Part shown: piece after piece, positions 28,854 through 32,000 of the stretch | Layout of the letters: each line of letters starts with the position of its first letter | How positions within the stretch are numbered: the first letter of the stretch is position 1 | Source of the DNA: Thalassospira marina | GTDB lineage: Bacteria > Pseudomonadota > Alphaproteobacteria > Rhodospirillales > Thalassospiraceae | Direction: 5' to 3' | DNA length: 32,000 nucleotides | Assembly: GCF_002844375.1 (NCBI RefSeq) | Contig: NZ_CP024199.1 | Coordinates: 1,297,815 to 1,329,814 of the forward strand | Notes under the pieces: model-generated | Seen by the model: only the letters and a program-made list of their open reading frames with translations | Told to the model about the DNA's origin: nothing | The model's database searches: none | Translations under genes and position numbers: made by a program

Positions 28854-29678
28854 ATGTGTACGCTTGACGGATGTGGATCACATGATCATTTGGGGCCGCC
28901 GCCAAAGGCAACAGATCAGGAACGACGCCTGTTTTTAAAAGGGCTGGCTGTTTTGCCGCTGGCAGTGGTGCTGGCCGATCCGATCCTGGCCCACGCCGCT
29001 GCCGAAACCCTGAAAAAGGTGACCATTACCGCGCCAACCGGTGAAACGATGGTTGCCGAAGTTATTTTGCCTGCCACCCTGCCGGCACCTGCCGTGCTGT
29101 TGATCCATGAATGGTGGGGGCTGAACGACCAGATCCGCGCAACCGCTGCCGAATATGCCAATCAGGGCTTTATCGCCCTAGCGGTTGATCTGTATGGCAA
29201 ACCTGCGGCCACAACGGCGGATGGAGCAAAATCGCTGATGTCATCGGTGGACCCGGTGGCGGCAACATCAAAGCTGAAAGCATCGGTTGCCTATTTGAAA
29301 GACCATAAGGATTGCACCGGCAAGGTGGGCGTTGTGGGCTGGTGTTTTGGTGGCGGATGGTCGCTGAATACCGCCCTTGCGACGGATATTGATGCCTGCG
29401 TCATTTATTATGGCAATGTCGCGAAAACCCCGCAGCAACTGGCAAGCCTGAACGCGCCGGTGATGGGGCATTTCGGCACCCTCGACCAGAATATCAATAA
29501 GGCCATGGTTGGCGGGTTCGAGGAATCCTTAAAACAGGCAGGCAAAACCGACTATCAGATTTTCTGGTACGAGGCGAACCACGCCTTCGCCAATCCCACG
29601 GGTGGCCGTTATGACGCCGAAGATGCCAAGCTTGCCTGGGAACGTACCCTGGGCTTCTTCAAGGAACATCTTGCCTGA
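28854..29678 (+). CDS. dienelactone hydrolase family protein with twin-arginine (Tat) signal peptide
   Basis: ATG 28854 follows AGGAGG (28843-28848). The ORF track start at 28800 has no SD. The signal has the Tat motif ERRLFLKG, a hydrophobic stretch and AHA-A. The mature DLH fold has VLLIHEWWGLN, the nucleophile elbow GWCFGG (Cys nucleophile) and the His context EANHAF. Confidence 0.85.
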   Translation: MCTLDGCGSHDHLGPPPKATDQERRLFLKGLAVLPLAVVLADPILAHAAAETLKKVTITAPTGETMVAEVILPATLPAPAVLLIHEWWGLNDQIRATAAEYANQGFIALAVDLYGKPAATTADGAKSLMSSVDPVAATSKLKASVAYLKDHKDCTGKVGVVGWCFGGGWSLNTALATDIDACVIYYGNVAKTPQQLASLNAPVMGHFGTLDQNINKAMVGGFEESLKQAGKTDYQIFWYEANHAFANPTGGRYDAEDAKLAWERTLGFFKEHLA

Positions 29679-29714
29679 TCTGATGCTGATGCCATCCGGG
29701 ATTTAACCAGTTAA

Positions 29715-29755
29715 AACGGGCCTGCGAAACCAGTCGCAGGCCCGTTATTTTGTTT
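29715..29755. terminator. bidirectional rho-independent terminator (DLH gene and the convergent ABC operon)
   Basis: AACGGGCCTGCG (29715-29726) pairs perfectly with CGCAGGCCCGTT (29735-29746) around an 8-nt loop. ATTTTGTTT follows on the + strand, and TTTTAA follows on the - strand. Confidence 0.75.
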
Positions 29756-29810
29756 GCGCGCCCGGGTTAATACAGGCGGCGATGCTGGCTGATATGTGCT
29801 TTGCCGCAGT

Positions 29811-30581
29811 CTAGCCGTTCGGATTGGCGCGGTTGGCCCAGCGGGTGGACCGGCGTTCGACGATGTTGAAAAATTCATACATCAGAATGCCCATCACCGC
29901 GATTACCAGCAAACCGGCAAAAACCAGCGGCATGTTGAATTTCGATGATGCCGACAGCATCAGATAACCAACACCGATATTCGATGCCACCGTTTCCGAA
30001 ATCACCGAACCGACAAAAGCCAGCGTAATGGCGACCTTCAGGGATGCAAAGAAATAGGGCAGGGCGCGCGGAAAGCCCACCTTGAACAGGATATCGGTGC
30101 GCGTCGCGCCAAGGGATCGCAGCACATCGCGCAATTCCGGTTCCAGGGTGGCAAGGCCGGTTGCCACATTCACCACGATCGGGAAGAACGAAATGATAAA
30201 GGCGGTAATAACCGCTGGCACCGTGCCAATGCCAAACCACATCACCAGCACGGGCACCAGTGCAACCTTGGGGACCGAATTGAACCCGACCAGAATGGGG
30301 TTGGCCGCCGTATAAATCGCCCGGCTGGACCCGACAAGTGCGCCCAGCAACACACCAAATACAACCGCAATCGCAAAGCCGAATACGGTTGTATAAAGCG
30401 TTTGCGCGGCATGCATCCAGATGGCGGCGCGAAATTTCCACGCGGCCTCAAGGCTGGCCGACGGGGTGGGCAAAACATAGTCCGGAATATGAAACAGCCG
30501 CACGATACCTTCCCATAACAGGAAAAGGACAATCGCGCTGATCCACGGGGTGGCCCGGCTTTGAAGGGTGCGTTTGGTCAT
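29811..30581 (-). CDS. ABC transporter permease, NitT/TauT (SsuC/TauC-like) family
   Basis: 256 aa, with about 6 hydrophobic TM segments by eye. It has a BPD-transport EAA-type loop (...LRSLGATRTDILFKVGFPRALPYFFASLKVA...). Confidence 0.9.
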   Translation of the reverse strand: MTKRTLQSRATPWISAIVLFLLWEGIVRLFHIPDYVLPTPSASLEAAWKFRAAIWMHAAQTLYTTVFGFAIAVVFGVLLGALVGSSRAIYTAANPILVGFNSVPKVALVPVLVMWFGIGTVPAVITAFIISFFPIVVNVATGLATLEPELRDVLRSLGATRTDILFKVGFPRALPYFFASLKVAITLAFVGSVISETVASNIGVGYLMLSASSKFNMPLVFAGLLVIAVMGILMYEFFNIVERRSTRWANRANPNG

Positions 30582-30598
30582 GGTCTTTGCCCTTTCGC

Positions 30599-31384
30599 CT
30601 AGGCTGCGCGTACATCACGGATATAGCTGCGCAATTCGTGCACCAGATCGGTAAATGGCTGGGTAAAGGTTGTTTCCTGGTCCCGCGGACGGGGCAGGGT
30701 GTTTTCGCGTGCCACCAGTATTTTGCCCGGCCGTTTGGACATCACATAAACCGTGTCGGCCAGATAGGCGGCCTCGCGCAGATCATGGGTGACCAGAATC
30801 ACGGTAAAGGGCCGCTTTATCCAAAGATTTTGCAAAATGTCCCACAATTCTTCGCGGGTAAAAGCATCAAGTGCGCCAAAGGGCTCGTCAAGCATCAGCA
30901 GGTCGGGTTCATGTATCAGGGCGCGGCACAGCGAAGCGCGTTGCTGCATCCCTCCTGAAAGCTCCCAGGGATATTTGTTTTCGTACCCGGCCAGTCCGAC
31001 AGTTGCCAAAAGCTCTTTGGCGCGTTCGATATATTCCTGCTTGTGTTTGCGAATGCGGCTGCGATGGGGTTTTACAATTTCCAGCGGCAGCAGCACGTTA
31101 TCAAGCGTTGTGCGCCAGGGCAGCAGGGTCGGGTTCTGAAATGCCATGCCAACAATCTTAAGCGGTCCGGCCACTTCGTGGGCATCCACGATGACCGTAC
31201 CTTCGCTGGGGGGCATCAATCCCGATACCAGTTTCAGCAGGGATGATTTGCCACATCCCGAAGGTCCGACAACGGCAATAAACTCGCCCTTGCGGATCTT
31301 CATATCCGTCGTATCAAGCGCAAGGTCATCCCCCTCGCTATAACGCAGCGTGACATTGTTTAGCTCGACAAAACTGCTCGACAC
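30599..31384 (-). CDS. ABC transporter ATP-binding protein, NitT/TauT (SsuB/TauB-like) family
   Basis: Walker A GPSGCGKSS, signature LSGGMQQR, Walker B LLMLDEPFGALD and H-loop VTHD. The track ORF extends to 31579 and would overlap the upstream gene. In-frame GTG 31384 has a GGGAGAA SD and gives (M)SSSFVELNNVTLRY..., a normal N-terminus (261 aa). Confidence 0.9.
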   Translation of the reverse strand: MSSSFVELNNVTLRYSEGDDLALDTTDMKIRKGEFIAVVGPSGCGKSSLLKLVSGLMPPSEGTVIVDAHEVAGPLKIVGMAFQNPTLLPWRTTLDNVLLPLEIVKPHRSRIRKHKQEYIERAKELLATVGLAGYENKYPWELSGGMQQRASLCRALIHEPDLLMLDEPFGALDAFTREELWDILQNLWIKRPFTVILVTHDLREAAYLADTVYVMSKRPGKILVARENTLPRPRDQETTFTQPFTDLVHELRSYIRDVRAA

Positions 31385-31433
31385 AGCCTTATTCTCCCTG
31401 CTGTCCTGGTGCTTGGCGCGTTTGTTATTTGTG

Positions 31434-32000
31434 TTATTTGATTTTGCGTTCTTCTTCGCCCGGCATGTAAATGCTGGTGAAAATATCGGCAACTTTCGGC
31501 GGGTTCTGCAGGCCAAAGGCCAGGCTGACCTGTTCGATGGCTTTTTCCATGCGGTCGGTCGAAATCGGGCCCATGCCATGTGCCAGGACTTCGTCGGTAA
31601 TGACGTTATCCTCGATCACCATGTTCAGGCGTTCGGTTTCCAGGTCCGGGTCGATCAGCGGGTCAACTTCCTTAAGGGCTTCAATCGCCTCTTCGGGGTT
31701 GGCAATCGCATCGCGCCAGCCTTTGACAACCGCGCGCAGGAAACCGCGCAACTGGTCACCATGATTTTCCATCATGTCCTTGGATGCCAGAATGCCGTTG
31801 CCATAAAAATCCAGGCCGTAATCGGCATATTTGAAGACAACCATGTCTTCCTTTTTGATGCCCTGGTTTTCAAGGTTCAGGACCGATGTAAAATAGTGAC
31901 CCGAAATGCCATCCACATCGCCGCGCACCAGCATCGGTTCGCGCAGGGGCGGGTCCATCGCTTCCCATTTCACATCATCAAGCGATAACCCGGTTGCCTT
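31434..32000 (-). CDS. ABC transporter substrate-binding protein, NMT1/THI5-like (C-terminal part; 5' end outside window)
   Basis: The reading frame stays open to the window edge (…KATGLSLDDVKWEAMDPP…). It is first in the operon order SBP-ATPase-permease on the - strand. The family call rests on that context and on the general look of the C-terminal lobe. Confidence 0.75.
   Translation of the reverse strand, partial: KATGLSLDDVKWEAMDPPLREPMLVRGDVDGISGHYFTSVLNLENQGIKKEDMVVFKYADYGLDFYGNGILASKDMMENHGDQLRGFLRAVVKGWRDAIANPEEAIEALKEVDPLIDPDLETERLNMVIEDNVITDEVLAHGMGPISTDRMEKAIEQVSLAFGLQNPPKVADIFTSIYMPGEEERKIK

Noticed and set aside
30599-31579. A 326-aa version of the ABC ATPase ORF with a 65-aa N-terminal extension
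   Set aside because: The extension would overlap the 3' end of the substrate-binding gene by about 145 nt. It translates to low-complexity K/N/R-rich sequence. GTG 31384 with an SD gives a normal ATPase N-terminus.

Overview
About 60% of this window (1-19.4 kb, all on the + strand) is the conserved ribosomal-protein/translation supercluster. It contains the 3' end of rpoC, the str operon (rpsL-rpsG-fusA-tuf), the S10 operon (rpsJ-rplC-rplD-rplW-rplB-rpsS-rplV-rpsC-rplP-rpmC-rpsQ), the spc operon (rplN-rplX-rplE-rpsN-rpsH-rplF-rplR-rpsE-rpmD-rplO-secY-adk) and the alpha operon (rpsM-rpsK-rpoA-rplQ). Several layout features are what I expect from an alphaproteobacterium: tuf runs straight into rpsJ, adk follows secY, there is no infA or rpmJ after secY, and there is no rpsD between rpsK and rpoA. 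The protein sequences fit this too. A more precise taxon cannot be established without a database search. The remaining 12.6 kb holds ordinary housekeeping and accessory genes: a DegP/HtrA-type periplasmic protease, rarA, azoR, a DUF1499-like membrane protein, crcB overlapping an RluC/D-type pseudouridine synthase, a small Cys/His-rich 85-aa protein (- strand), two HAD hydrolases, an SRPBCC protein, a Tat-exported dienelactone hydrolase, and a NitT/TauT-type ABC importer (- strand, substrate-binding gene truncated by the window end). I found no rRNA, tRNA, CRISPR array, transposase, integrase, phage gene or recognisable defence gene. I do not see a convincing novel multi-gene system. The best leads are modest. 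(i) crcB has a 318-nt ORF-free structured upstream region but no recognisable fluoride riboswitch. (ii) The uncharacterised Cys/His-rich small protein has its own SD, promoter-like AT-rich tract and terminator. (iii) Several structured leaders and spacers inside the r-protein operons (rpsL leader, tuf-rpsJ, rplO-secY, rpsK-rpoA, rpoA-rplQ) could be lineage-specific autoregulatory or attenuator RNAs. (iv) A 360-nt divergent control region between a HAD hydrolase and the dienelactone hydrolase carries direct and inverted repeats. All structural claims come from reading base pairs by eye; none has been checked by folding or homology software.
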